A DNA stretch of 64,000 nt from a virus, in the IMG/VR virus record IMGVR_UViG_3300049216_000035, positions 1-64,000 of that record; one strand, written 5' to 3'. The translations under genes and the position numbers were made by a program. The notes below the pieces were generated by a model. It was not told the DNA's origin. It saw nothing but the letters and a program-made list of their open reading frames with translations, and ran no database searches. Positions 19,301-28,169 of the stretch are shown here, one piece after another (within the stretch, counting starts at the first letter, position 1; each line of letters opens with the position of its first letter).

Positions 19301-19374
19301 ATGTCGCCATCGTGACTCGGTAAGTCATCGAACAGTGCGACTTGGCCCTCAGCGACTTTTGGTTTTCGCGGCAT
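16312..19374 (-). CDS. polA: family A DNA polymerase (3'-5' exonuclease + polymerase) containing an intein
   Basis: FDTETTGL, GRLSCSKPNLQQ, DYSQIELR, AKNVNFGIPYG (Phe at the PolI-762-equivalent position), IHDEL. Confidence 0.96.
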   Translation of the reverse strand: MPRKPKVAEGQVALFDDLPSHDGDIKVLKSLRERERTAVVPDNFHFVTSIDQIRECAQACRDTGLFSFDTETTGLHWYKPEFRVVATGIFVANEAYIIPNGMIYAEQNFDRGVMQDELGDVFSSETIKKYVANGKFDQHAIRRTFGLEIGGIEHDAVIASWLLDENLIDHGLEDNLSLYLGWPDYKIKQDGKFGNWPLKMATIYLGKDVEGTFALAEFQREHLKQQPKLWSLMYDVEMPHSQLLYEGEKQGVQWDWDYYRDVMYPTIEDEYQKALKKVTDVLGDINPGSPQQLASALFDGLHLPDLSNRSTDKRALAKIKDEHPVIPLITNWRKYDTIRKLFVNKLPTFVEGGRIYCSLKPIGAVSGRLSCSKPNLQQLPKQAIGPVIRRGFVPSPGMVLVTFDYSQIELRILAHLSGDEAMIAGFMSGEDFHSMTAHNMFGISLAALEADKDMPPRITAKNVNFGIPYGIGAPKLMDTVNIRLQELGATEGFLTEVSSQAAVKAYFKAYPRVKAWIDGSKLLAHQQGYVETILGRKRRLHKPINNPDRKFASMAERQAVNSPIQGCLSGDSLVLLEDRGIVPIETVVNQAVSIWDGAKFVSASVLPSGKKRQLRVNIGGRHEILCSPDHIFLVRNTKGNESWVRAEDLNGQMYCVASDTQPIWRADDLKFPRTFTSNCANAHVASFANIEDRADLGFLLGRIASDGSVSSVGVTVLVAEHEADISGRLIDRGLALLGSVSVDERHSGRGLTKHGKPYKKLFRYHLSSKTLGEQAIKMDLKYRIPDVVWSDSVLLRSYLRGLFDGDGGLQGKSPTLTFGKGREKLAWAREVQRALRFFGIRSRLAFNTDSTKVSVMAGDAHLFQDIIGFESRRKAELLAAVVPSRISSIYGRSEIVRSVKTTGFDVEMFDVVNSETGQFCVNGFVTHNSSADMIKVAAIKVNNKIKDEHWPFQFLLSIHDELVFEVPLAWLQKNRHTLDVLAGIMSNAVPLRVPIKVSVDVLTRWGDKITDDDWEDDEAA
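16591..17676 (-). mobile_element. intein with LAGLIDADG endonuclease (362 aa) in polA
   Basis: NSPIQG|CLSGDS...CSPDH...LGRIASDG...LRGLFDGDG...FVTHN|SSADMIK; removing it restores the conserved IQG-S-AD motif. Confidence 0.95.
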
Positions 19375-19519
19375 TTTCGGCTACACGTTTGGCGTCACAA
19401 ATCTTACAGGTGCCCTTAGCGCACTTGCGTCTGTGAACTGCTTTGAACAGGCGGACGAGCCCACCGAAGTCGTACCCCGGTAGGTCGTCCACGGCGACGA
19501 TCTGAGCGTGTTTCAAGAC

Positions 19520-20155
19520 CTAGAAGCGCGAACGACTCGCAGCCCCTTTGTCCTCGTCTTCGTCCCGAGCAACTGGCGTCACCGTGCTTGAATTGATGTA
19601 CGCCTTAACTCGCTGCGTAGCGAGCAGAAGATCGGCCGGAAGGAGTTCTTCCATGTCCGGGATTTCGAGCGCCTTTTCGGCTTCGCCAAGAGCGCCCTTC
19701 GTGTCGTTCTGCGCAATCCACTTGTAGGTCGTGTCGAGCTTGAGGCCCTTACGCTTGATCTTGAAATCAAAGTTCGTGATGTCGGTGCCTGCCGGAAGTT
19801 CCTCGATCTGCGAGACAACTTCTTCGAGAGCATTACGTCCGTACTCGATTACCTGGACACGCGATTCGTTCTGGTCGCCGCGCACTCGCACGGGGATGAA
19901 CGTCTTGACGGAACGCTTCGCTTCGCAGAGGCAAAGTGGGCACTTGTCCGGGTCTTTCTCCAGCGTTTCGGACAAGCAACGAGTGGACTTGAGCCCCTTG
20001 TTGAAGTCCTGGTGAATCGCCAGACACACCCATTCGTCTTGGGGCTGGAGGACGCGCACGACGGCACTCTCGCCGTCCTTTTCGAGCTTGAACGGCATGT
20101 AGCCGAGGCCCGTATTGTTCTTGTGATACTCTTGGGCTGCTTTGTATCCGCGCAT
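19520..20155 (-). CDS. gp32-like single-stranded DNA-binding protein
   Basis: FKL.KDGES..VRVL, H...C...CPLC, DFKIKRKG..LDTTY, acidic C-terminus. Confidence 0.78.
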   Translation of the reverse strand: MRGYKAAQEYHKNNTGLGYMPFKLEKDGESAVVRVLQPQDEWVCLAIHQDFNKGLKSTRCLSETLEKDPDKCPLCLCEAKRSVKTFIPVRVRGDQNESRVQVIEYGRNALEEVVSQIEELPAGTDITNFDFKIKRKGLKLDTTYKWIAQNDTKGALGEAEKALEIPDMEELLPADLLLATQRVKAYINSSTVTPVARDEDEDKGAASRSRF

Positions 20156-20162
20156 TGTTGTT

Positions 20163-21104
20163 CTAGCCTTTTTGTTGTATGAGTTTTGCGGTTTGTACGA
20201 TCTGTTCGTATGTCATCGCGTTTGGGTCTTTGGGTCCCACTGGGTACTCGGCCGCGACTGTCTTACAGCCGCCTTCGAGTAGCTTGGAACGAACGATAGC
20301 TTGGGCTGAGGTGCCCGCCTCGTCGTTATCAAGCATAAGCACAACCAGTGAGGGTTGCTTGCGAACGAGTTCCGCTACTTGACCTGAGTGTATGTCTTTT
20401 CCGCCGAGCGCGCAGGCCGAGAACTTCTCGAAGTGTGCGATCCGAAAAACTTGGTCGAGGGTCATCGCGTCTATCTCGCCCTCAGTCAACCATACCACAT
20501 TCTGTGGCCTCACAAGGTTGAGTCCGAAGAGAGTCTTGCTAAGATCAGCACCGGGAGTGAACAAGTAACGTTTCTCATCCACGTTCCGCTTTTTGATCGC
20601 TACGAGATTTCCCGAACGGTCGAACCACGGGATCGTGATTGAGTTTGACTGCTTGTCGAATCCGATGTCAAATCTTCGCAGTGTGTCTTCGTTCAGTCCA
20701 CGCTCGTAGAGATAGGGGTGTCTCCACGCATACTCTTCGAGGACAGACTTATCCGGCGGCGGACTCTTGGGAGCGCGCTCCGGGACTCCATCTTCTTCGA
20801 CTCGAAGTCTAATTTTCCTGCAAAACTGGAGTATCTTCACTAGCGGCCAGCCAGTTAACTGGACTAGATACGTTGTGAAGTCTCCCTTCGCCCCGCACAC
20901 GAAACAGCGAAACACACCGGGCTTGTCTTGCACATTCATCGAGAAGTTGGGCTTACCCGTGTCGTTGTGAAAGATGCACGGCATGACCGCTTCTTTCTCG
21001 GACGCCCAGTAGTCTACGTCAAGCGAATCGAGAGCTACGAGAACCATGTCCCCCGACAACATGCGCTCGATCTTCTCCTCCGCGCCAGCCGATGATGGTC
21101 GCAT
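20163..21104 (-). CDS. DNA primase (CHC2 Zn finger + TOPRIM)
   Basis: CIFHND..PNF, CFVCGAKGD, TEGEIDAM, LDNDEAG. Confidence 0.92.
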   Translation of the reverse strand: MRPSSAGAEEKIERMLSGDMVLVALDSLDVDYWASEKEAVMPCIFHNDTGKPNFSMNVQDKPGVFRCFVCGAKGDFTTYLVQLTGWPLVKILQFCRKIRLRVEEDGVPERAPKSPPPDKSVLEEYAWRHPYLYERGLNEDTLRRFDIGFDKQSNSITIPWFDRSGNLVAIKKRNVDEKRYLFTPGADLSKTLFGLNLVRPQNVVWLTEGEIDAMTLDQVFRIAHFEKFSACALGGKDIHSGQVAELVRKQPSLVVLMLDNDEAGTSAQAIVRSKLLEGGCKTVAAEYPVGPKDPNAMTYEQIVQTAKLIQQKG

Positions 21105-22417
21105 CAGAACACGCTCGACGGATCGCGTTCGATCAGTTGCTCTTGGACTTGATAAAGCACCGCTTGCACAACCTGATCGACTTCCTGATCGCCGTCGATC
21201 CGAACGTCCTCTTCGAAACGTCCACGGTCGATGTCGTGCCGCACGGAGATGAATCGCCCGCTCGGGCCGTTGCGGTTCTTGCGAACACCCATCAGCAGTT
21301 GCCCACCGACGCGCGCGAGTCCGATGGCGCGGTTCGCATACTGCTCGACGGAGCCAGACTCAGCCATGTGGTGCAGCGACGGAATGATGTCTTCGACCAC
21401 GACCGCATCGCGGCGACGTGGCTGCTCGCTCGAACGATTCGCTTGGTGCGCGAGCCGGATCGGAATACCCGTCTCGACCGAGATGTCTTTTAGCTCGGCC
21501 ATGACATTGATAATCCGCTTGCGGATGTCTTTGTCTTGGCGAACTGGCTCGATCAGCATCAGACCGTCGATGCATACGACGCCCGGCTGCTCGTGGCGAA
21601 TGATCTGCATTACGTCAGCCGTGGTGAACTGCCGACCAATAGTGGACGGCTCGTAGAACAAGATCGGTTCGCCTTCGCTCGCATGCTTCATCGCTCGTGA
21701 TCGGAACGCCTCAATCTCTTCGGAGTCCATGTCACCGCTAAAGAGGTCCATCGAACTGACATGCGTGACGTAGCTCGCGTAACGAGTTCCGACTTCGAAT
21801 CGATCCATCTCTGGGCTGATAAAGGCAACCTTGACGCCAGCGCGTGAAGCGGCCAGCGCACCCCACAGTAAAACAAAAGACTTACCGATACCCGGACGTG
21901 CGAAGTAAACCTCGATCTCTCCTGGCTGTGTTCCCTTGCATACATCGTCCAGTAGGTCAAAGCCAAGGGTAACGCCCGTAATGCCAGATGCTTTCCGGCG
22001 TCGTTCAATCTCGTCAATAATCGGTTGGGCATCGCGTAAGTCTCCACTACTGCTGATCGCGCCGCCCATGTACGCAAGCATGTCGCGCGTCGCGTCACTC
22101 AGCGAAAGAATCGCTTCGCGCGGGTTCGTATCGCACTGTGCCTTGATCGTTTCGAGATGCAGCGCGATCTTCGCTTCGATGAGGTCTTGCTCGACTTCAT
22201 CGCGTAGCCAGTGCGCGGTGACACCCGTGTCTGAAAACTCGAAGCCGGGGAACTGCTCTACGAACGTCTCGCGGTTGGGGTACTGGCCGTTCTGTTGGTG
22301 ATAGGTCTTGAGAAAGTCCCATTCATCTTCGAACGACTTGAAGTATTCGTCGCGCAGATCGCGTGGCGCAATCTCCTGCGCGATCACGAGACGAGAGAGA
22401 AGTTCGGCGACTCTCAA
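21104..22417 (-). CDS. dnaB: DnaB-like replicative helicase
   Basis: ARPGIGKS, ISPEM, VCIDG, HQANR, KNRNG. Confidence 0.92.
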   Translation of the reverse strand: MRVAELLSRLVIAQEIAPRDLRDEYFKSFEDEWDFLKTYHQQNGQYPNRETFVEQFPGFEFSDTGVTAHWLRDEVEQDLIEAKIALHLETIKAQCDTNPREAILSLSDATRDMLAYMGGAISSSGDLRDAQPIIDEIERRRKASGITGVTLGFDLLDDVCKGTQPGEIEVYFARPGIGKSFVLLWGALAASRAGVKVAFISPEMDRFEVGTRYASYVTHVSSMDLFSGDMDSEEIEAFRSRAMKHASEGEPILFYEPSTIGRQFTTADVMQIIRHEQPGVVCIDGLMLIEPVRQDKDIRKRIINVMAELKDISVETGIPIRLAHQANRSSEQPRRRDAVVVEDIIPSLHHMAESGSVEQYANRAIGLARVGGQLLMGVRKNRNGPSGRFISVRHDIDRGRFEEDVRIDGDQEVDQVVQAVLYQVQEQLIERDPSSVF

Positions 22418-22938
22418 AGTGAAATGTACTTTCCTGTCTTGAGGACTTCGGCAAGGTTGTCAGGGATCGTTGCCGTAGGCGAGAGCGTAACCACCGTCAT
22501 CTTACGGTTATTGCGTCGCGTTCGAAGAAGGCTCGCGATGTTGTCCTCGGGCGGCAGGTCGCCAATCTCGGTGAGCGTGAGGTATCGACATGCCTCCATT
22601 ACGATATTGAAGTCGTCGTCCTCATCGCTGCGCCGGATCGCGACCTTGTAGCGAGTCATCGCCAAGCCCGCTTCGCTCATGTAGAAATGCAGATCGTCGG
22701 GCAGCGCGAGTTGTACGGACTGGGCTAGGTGGTAGCGCGCGAGATACGCCGCCGCGCCTGTGCGCTCGATTTCCGAGCCACCCGAAATGGTGAGCAGTGT
22801 CGTCGGCGTCGTCAGCCACGCCTTATCAAGTGCGGGCTCGACGGCCAACTTAGCGGACTGGGAAACGGGAAGCGTGGGGATTTGACACACACGATGCCAG
22901 TCTTCAAGTTCAGTGGGCGTGAGTCTAATGCTGTTCAC
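22414..22938 (-). CDS. degenerate DnaC/IstB-like helicase loader
   Basis: Between the initiator and DnaB; LTISGGSEIERT, YLTLTEIG and LLRTRRNNRKMTVVT echo DnaC motifs but lack the catalytic residues. Confidence 0.55.
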   Translation of the reverse strand: MNSIRLTPTELEDWHRVCQIPTLPVSQSAKLAVEPALDKAWLTTPTTLLTISGGSEIERTGAAAYLARYHLAQSVQLALPDDLHFYMSEAGLAMTRYKVAIRRSDEDDDFNIVMEACRYLTLTEIGDLPPEDNIASLLRTRRNNRKMTVVTLSPTATIPDNLAEVLKTGKYISL

Positions 22939-23728
22939 TGAAAATCTCGCTCACCGTCCGCCCCTTCGGTTTCTTGTTCTTGAACTTCCAAGTTGGAGCG
23001 AAATGCTCGACGCGGTATGAAGTGCAGGGCCCATCCCAACTGGGCCAAGGATGCTCCTGAAAGTTACGGAACGCGGCTTCAACAAGTTCGATGCCTTCAG
23101 CGCCGGGGAACTGTCTGGCTAGGAGGAGCCAGCGTTCGCGATCCCTGGCTGTACGCCCGAGTGTAACACCATTCAAGGCATCAAGGCGGTCAGCCATAGC
23201 TTCCGCATCAGGAGTCAGTGCCGTGCGCTTCTCTTTCTGCTTTTCAAGTTTAGCCGCAATCCCGGTTGAAAGACCGTCACGTTTTACCGTAGCTTTTCCT
23301 GACACTCGTGGTTGAATATCGTCGTCTTCCGAGACTCGCTTTACTCCAGTAATCTTCAAATCGGCTGTTCCTGTATCTGTTCTTTCTCTGTTATATGTAT
23401 AGGGGTCCGCCACGGCGGACTTTTCAGTCCGCGACGGCGGACTTTCTGGTCCGTCTAGGCGGACTCCAGTCCGCGACGGCGGACTCCCGTCGAAGTCCGA
23501 AAAGATGAAGTATCGGCCTGGTCCGTTTCGCTCGATCCAGCTTTCCTCACGCAAGAACTTCAAAGCGTCGAAGATCGCGGTCTGCTTCAGTCCAGTGTAT
23601 TCTTCCAGTGTCTCGATAGTGGGCCACGCCTCCCCATTTCCGTTCGCGCATGCAGAAAGAGCCGTGAACACCTTCAGTGGGGTGCCCGGCATCTTTGCGG
23701 CGGAGAGGGGAATCTTACCAAACCTCAT
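22925..23728 (-). CDS. replication initiator (N-terminal wHTH, lambda O-like layout)
   Basis: KVFTALSACAN...AWPTIETLEEYTGL...LKFLREESWI; contains internal iterons. Confidence 0.78.
   Translation of the reverse strand: MRFGKIPLSAAKMPGTPLKVFTALSACANGNGEAWPTIETLEEYTGLKQTAIFDALKFLREESWIERNGPGRYFIFSDFDGSPPSRTGVRLDGPESPPSRTEKSAVADPYTYNRERTDTGTADLKITGVKRVSEDDDIQPRVSGKATVKRDGLSTGIAAKLEKQKEKRTALTPDAEAMADRLDALNGVTLGRTARDRERWLLLARQFPGAEGIELVEAAFRNFQEHPWPSWDGPCTSYRVEHFAPTWKFKNKKPKGRTVSEIFSEQH
23405..23484. repeat. four palindromic 16-bp iterons (GTCCGY-N4-GCGGAC), probable replication origin
   Basis: Copies start at 23405, 23427, 23449 and 23469; AT-rich tract adjacent at about 23378-23401. Confidence 0.8.
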
Positions 23729-23730
23729 CT

Positions 23731-23770
23731 AGTCTTATTTCGTCTTATCAAGTCTTATCTCGTCTTACTC
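23731..23770. repeat. four phased 10-bp tandem repeats (core GTCTTA) upstream of the initiator
   Basis: agtcttattt cgtcttatca agtcttatct cgtcttactc. Confidence 0.75.
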
Positions 23771-23782
23771 CCTCAGATAGCA

Positions 23783-23820
23783 CGAAAGGGGAGGCTTGTT
23801 TTTTCGCCTTCCCCCTTTCG
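23783..23820. promoter_or_regulatory. strong hairpin in the leader of the replication operon
   Basis: CGAAAGGGGAGGC-ttgttttttc-GCCTTCCCCTTTCG. Confidence 0.55.
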
Positions 23821-23892
23821 CTACTGAGCGTCGATCACAATCGCTACTTACCCGAAACCACAGCCCTTGACGTTTAGTTAGAGTGTGAAGTA

Positions 23893-23910
23893 AGTATTGT
23901 GGGAGTGATC
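23893..23910 (-). promoter_or_regulatory. candidate promoter of the replication operon
   Basis: - strand GATCACTCCCAC-AATACT; similar motifs at 45494-45510 and 53847-53868. Confidence 0.45.
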
Positions 23911-23958
23911 CACGATAGCAGTATACACCCGCCGTCAAGATAGAGTTGCACTAGACTT

Positions 23959-24216
23959 ATGTTCATCTCCGAAATTACGTTCTCTCTCGGAAACTCCATG
24001 CCACTGGAGGTTATCACACGGCACCCCGATGATCGGTACGCCAGTGTGAAACCCCACGCTAGCGCGAAGGTCTGCTTCGATCCCCACGAGTGCGATCCCG
24101 AAACCGAAGCTGGTCAAGCCCTCATCAATCAGGCTTTTGACAATCTCTTCGGGATCGTATTGTCCAAGGTCGTCCAGTTCAAGCACGAGTTCGAAGAGTT
24201 CGCCAAACCCACCTAG
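23959..24216 (+). CDS. hypothetical protein
   Basis: First ORF of the divergent + strand block. Confidence 0.5.
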   Translation: MFISEITFSLGNSMPLEVITRHPDDRYASVKPHASAKVCFDPHECDPETEAGQALINQAFDNLFGIVLSKVVQFKHEFEEFAKPT

Positions 24217-24271
24217 TCTGCTATACTAGGGGAACCGCCCCAACTCGAACTATAGTTAGGATCATTAGAGT

Positions 24272-24499
24272 ATGTCCGCAACAGGTGGAAGCATCAGTGG
24301 TGGCCCGTACCGGGTAGACGTTACGCCGCAGGTACCGACGTTCTATGCGCTGCCGGACGCCAAAGCCCCGGACGCCACCGCGTCTAGCGCCCCGTTCACC
24401 CTCGTCGGTGATACGTCCACGGCGCAGATCGAAGTGACTCAGGGCTGGCCGCACGTCCGCCCGAATGAGTCCCCGGCTCGCGTAGTTACCCCGGTCTAA
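24272..24499 (+). CDS. hypothetical protein
   Basis: 75-aa ORF. Confidence 0.4.
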   Translation: MSATGGSISGGPYRVDVTPQVPTFYALPDAKAPDATASSAPFTLVGDTSTAQIEVTQGWPHVRPNESPARVVTPV

Positions 24500-24881
24500 A
24501 CCCGGACCAAAGCGGTGGAACGACACCCTCAGTGGCGGCTGCTGGACATCGTTCTGGCATCCGTCGCTGTTGCATCCGCGATGACAATCATCCAGATCGA
24601 GCAGCGTCCGCACAACTGGCGGGAGATGAACTTTTGGGGCGTCCGTGATCGTGGTCGCTGCCGTCGGTGCGGGGTCGCCCCAAAGGATCACGACGGACTC
24701 CCACGGCCCTGTTTAGAACTTTCGGCAAAGGTCGAGCAAGACTTGGACTAGATTCGGAACTTTTGGTGAGAGTCCGGCAGGACTTAGACCAGAGTCGGCG
24801 AATAGAGACACAGCGGGTCCCCGCCTGTTAAAAGGTCACGACGTGAAAGCGTTCGTGGCCTTCTCTATTTTCTGAGGTTCA

Positions 24882-26528
24882 ATGGTCAGTATTCACCGAG
24901 AAGGCGACGTAGCCAGGATCGATACAGACGGTCTAAGCCCCGCCATGCGTACCGTGCTAGTTGGGCTTGCCCAGTTAGACTGGGAGCGTCGGCAGTTCAT
25001 CATGCCCGCGACCCGACTGCCTCGGTTTGTACGCCAGTTCGGGCGCTCTGCGTTCGACTTGTCTGCGTTTCAGGACATCGAGGAGCTTCGACCGTACTGG
25101 GTCCCGCACATCGCTGAGGGCTTCGCGCCGTACCTCCCGACCTACACCGCGATCAATGACCCCATCTACGCGGGAACGGATCGAGATTTCCAGGCGGTCG
25201 GCTCGACCTTTCTGATCGATCACGAAGCCTGCATCCTCGGGGACGAGCAAGGGCTCGGGAAGACCAAGCAATTCATCGACGCCGTTATGTACGTTGCCCC
25301 GCGCGAAGCCCATAGGCCCGGCTACGATCCCGTCTATCAGGTCTTGGTAATTACGCGCAAGAGCGTGGTAGATGTCTGGCTTGACGAAATCGCGCGCTTC
25401 GCGCCGTCCGCCTATATCGGAGACTTCTCCAGCGCCGCCAAGATCGCAGAAACTCCCACGACCGACGACCCGGTGCAGTTCTACGTCACGACGTTTGAAA
25501 CGATGTCTGCCTACAGCGAGATGTTCGGGAACTTCGGCTTCGATTGGGTGTGCATCGACGAAGGCCACAAGATTAAGTCCAATCCGATGGTTAAGCAGGC
25601 TGCGGTCGCGATTAACGTCCACGACATCTGGGCACCTCGTCGCACGATCCTGACGGCTTCGCCCATGACGCTCGGGCCGGAAGATGCGTGGAACCTGTTC
25701 CACTGGTTGGAAATCGACACGCGCCCGTGGGAGCAGTTCAAGTCCGAGACGATCAAGATTGATCTTGAAAAGTCGAGCAAGAATCGATTCAGCGTAGACT
25801 ACATCCCGGCCGGGCTCGACACGATCCGCGAGATGTTCGAGAAGTACATGCTCCGTCGCCTGAAAGCCGATGTAGTCAACCTACCGGGTAAGATTCCACG
25901 CACAGTCGATTACGTCTTAAACGCAGAAGAGACGGCGCGTTATCTCCAGGCCGAGCAAGAACTTCTATACCTCGCGCATGAAAAGTACGGCGGCGACGTT
26001 CGTAAGATTCCGAACGATCACGTTCTGGTTTTGAGACTTAGGCAGATCACATCTGCGGCTAAAGTTTTAGTTGCTAAAGCAATCGCAGAAACTCACGCTC
26101 TCTCTGCGAAACTGATAATATATTCACAGTACCGCGACGTGATCGATGACCTTGCTCGCGAACTGAAGCCGCTTAATCCCGTGGTCCTCACTGGGTCAAC
26201 CACCAAGCGCCGCGAGGTCGTTAATACGTTTCAGTCCGAGGACTGGTGTCGTGTCTTCATCGGATCGACTCCCGCATGTCGCGAGGGGATCACGTTGACT
26301 GCCGCTACGCACGTCGTCTTCGTGGAAAAAGAGTGGTCCCCTAAGTACACCGAGCAGGCCATCGACCGGGCTCACCGGATCGGGCAGACCGATCCCGTGA
26401 CCGTCTGGACGATCAATACGCTGATCGAGGACGCGCAGGGACACCGTAGACCCACCATTGACCTCGGCGTCGAGTTAAACGCCAAACGTAAACAGAGAAA
26501 CATCCAGAGGGTTTTAGCTAGTGCCTAA
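24882..26528 (+). CDS. SNF2-family helicase/ATPase
   Basis: LGDEQGLGKT, IDEGHKIK, LTASP, MLRRLK, EGITLT, QAIDRAHRIGQ. Confidence 0.92.
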   Translation: MVSIHREGDVARIDTDGLSPAMRTVLVGLAQLDWERRQFIMPATRLPRFVRQFGRSAFDLSAFQDIEELRPYWVPHIAEGFAPYLPTYTAINDPIYAGTDRDFQAVGSTFLIDHEACILGDEQGLGKTKQFIDAVMYVAPREAHRPGYDPVYQVLVITRKSVVDVWLDEIARFAPSAYIGDFSSAAKIAETPTTDDPVQFYVTTFETMSAYSEMFGNFGFDWVCIDEGHKIKSNPMVKQAAVAINVHDIWAPRRTILTASPMTLGPEDAWNLFHWLEIDTRPWEQFKSETIKIDLEKSSKNRFSVDYIPAGLDTIREMFEKYMLRRLKADVVNLPGKIPRTVDYVLNAEETARYLQAEQELLYLAHEKYGGDVRKIPNDHVLVLRLRQITSAAKVLVAKAIAETHALSAKLIIYSQYRDVIDDLARELKPLNPVVLTGSTTKRREVVNTFQSEDWCRVFIGSTPACREGITLTAATHVVFVEKEWSPKYTEQAIDRAHRIGQTDPVTVWTINTLIEDAQGHRRPTIDLGVELNAKRKQRNIQRVLASA

Positions 26529-26823
26529 CTTTGAAGAGTTGCAATCCCCGCTCATCAGCATGGAGCAGTTGGCGAAGTATGTAGGACGCCATGTCCAGCT
26601 ACTTCGACGTTATTTTGCCGAAGGTGCCCTTCCAGAGCCCGAATATCGGGTCCAGCACAAGCGTAAGCTGATCCGACGTTTCACCCGCGCGGAGGCAGAT
26701 CGCGTGAAGGCCGTGTTTGATAATGTCGGCTACGGCACCATCGCCAAACGCAAGAAGAACGCCGCGCTGACCCGTCGCGAGCCGCTGATCGAGAGCAAGG
26801 CCGATGACGCCGGAACTCAGTAG
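26521..26823 (+). CDS. MerR/excisionase-like HTH protein
   Basis: SMEQLAKYVGRHVQLLRRY..EG.LPEP...RRFT. Confidence 0.65.
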   Translation: MPNFEELQSPLISMEQLAKYVGRHVQLLRRYFAEGALPEPEYRVQHKRKLIRRFTRAEADRVKAVFDNVGYGTIAKRKKNAALTRREPLIESKADDAGTQ

Positions 26824-26948
26824 CCTTCTGTTTATCGCGACGCTCGTCGCGCTTCTCTGCTACAAGCTTGGCTTTTACCACGGTCGGGCTCACGCTACCC
26901 AGACTACCGCGCCCAAACGGGACTCCAACGGAAGGTTCACCAAGAAAA

Positions 26949-27158
26949 ATGTCCGCCGCTAACCCTACCGACAACGAAAAGGCCATCGGTGGCCTTGTAA
27001 TCGCACTCTGGGCGCTGATCTTCGCGTTCGTCATCCGGCCGTATTGCTTCTGCCTGGTCATCGGCCACGTTCTCGGCGGGATTCACGTCTCGTACTGGGA
27101 CGGATTATTGCTCGCGATCCTGGTCGGCGGACCTGTGTCTGTCTCGAACAAGAAGTGA
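26949..27158 (+). CDS. small membrane protein
   Basis: Two hydrophobic segments. Confidence 0.5.
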   Translation: MSAANPTDNEKAIGGLVIALWALIFAFVIRPYCFCLVIGHVLGGIHVSYWDGLLLAILVGGPVSVSNKK

Positions 27159-27559
27159 CGGAGCCCGAACTCCGGGGGCTCGCCGCAGAGTGGCGAGAAC
27201 TCAAAGCAGCCCAGGCCAGACTCTCCGAGAAGGAAGGCCGACTCAAGAAAGAGTTAACCAAGGCCCTCGGCGATCAGGCCGCGATCCCCATCGCGATCAG
27301 TGATCGGGAGCGTTACGTCTTGAAGCGGGTCGAGCGTGATAATCGAAAGCCAGACCTCGTGAGGCTGGCGCAGATCGCACTAAAGAAGGGCGTTCCAAAG
27401 GAACAGTTCAGCCTGACCCTTACGGAAGCGGACGCCGTGACTCTACTGGAGGACGGAACCCTGGATCGGGCCGACTACGAGGCCGTACTCAAGGGCAACG
27501 TCACTTCGTATGTCGAGATGCGCTTGCAAGAAGTCGAATCGGATGATGGCACCGCGTAG
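27155..27559 (+). CDS. hypothetical coiled-coil protein
   Basis: GTGA-coupled start; N-terminal coiled coil. Confidence 0.55.
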   Translation: MTEPELRGLAAEWRELKAAQARLSEKEGRLKKELTKALGDQAAIPIAISDRERYVLKRVERDNRKPDLVRLAQIALKKGVPKEQFSLTLTEADAVTLLEDGTLDRADYEAVLKGNVTSYVEMRLQEVESDDGTA

Positions 27560-27925
27560 AGCTTACGCGCCCGGTAGCGGGACTCGATAGCGTTGAACGC
27601 CTGAGCCTCCGCGATGTCCACGAGCCGAGCCATGCACTCTAGCTCGACTAGCATGGGCGCGAACCTTCGCAGTGTTCGGATGGTTTTCCGGTAACGATGC
27701 GTTCCATACGCGAATTGTATCGAACACCCAAGGAACAACCGCAACGGTCGCACACAAGTTCGAAACTTCCGTCTGACTTTGGGTTCGTCGTGGCCTGGAT
27801 GTGTGATTCGTACATTTTGAAAGCCTCCTTACGAGACTCATAACAAGACTTGAAAGTCAGTGATTGCACTGAAACCTAGTCTTTAAAACTAGGATTATGA
27901 GGAACGTAAAGGAGATGCAACCAAA

Positions 27926-28169
27926 ATGGCTACATTCGTAATCCAGGTCCTGGAGCCCGGCAAGAAGAACCGCAAGATGTATGCGGGCGGGGGGTCAATT
28001 AACGACCAAGTGGATTCACGCCAAGCAATATCGCGTGACCGACCCGCAATCGCAGTTTGAGGTCGATTCCCTCGTCTCGTGGATGAACGATCACAATCCT
28101 GACTTCGAGTTTCGAACCAAAGACATCACCGGAACCGGGCACGATATGTACCGCAACGAAGCGGCCTAG
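27926..28169 (+). pseudogene. small gene frameshifted at a G6 tract
   Basis: AAGGAG RBS and ATG at 27926; removing one G at 27989-27994 joins it to the 27981-28169 frame. Confidence 0.5.

Noticed and set aside
23405-23484. Mini CRISPR array
   Set aside because: Spacers are only 4-6 bp and the repeats lie inside the initiator gene, which fits iterons
24515-24751. HNH nuclease (VRDRGRCRRCG)
   Set aside because: The HNH core is missing; at most a remnant or a small Zn-binding ORF
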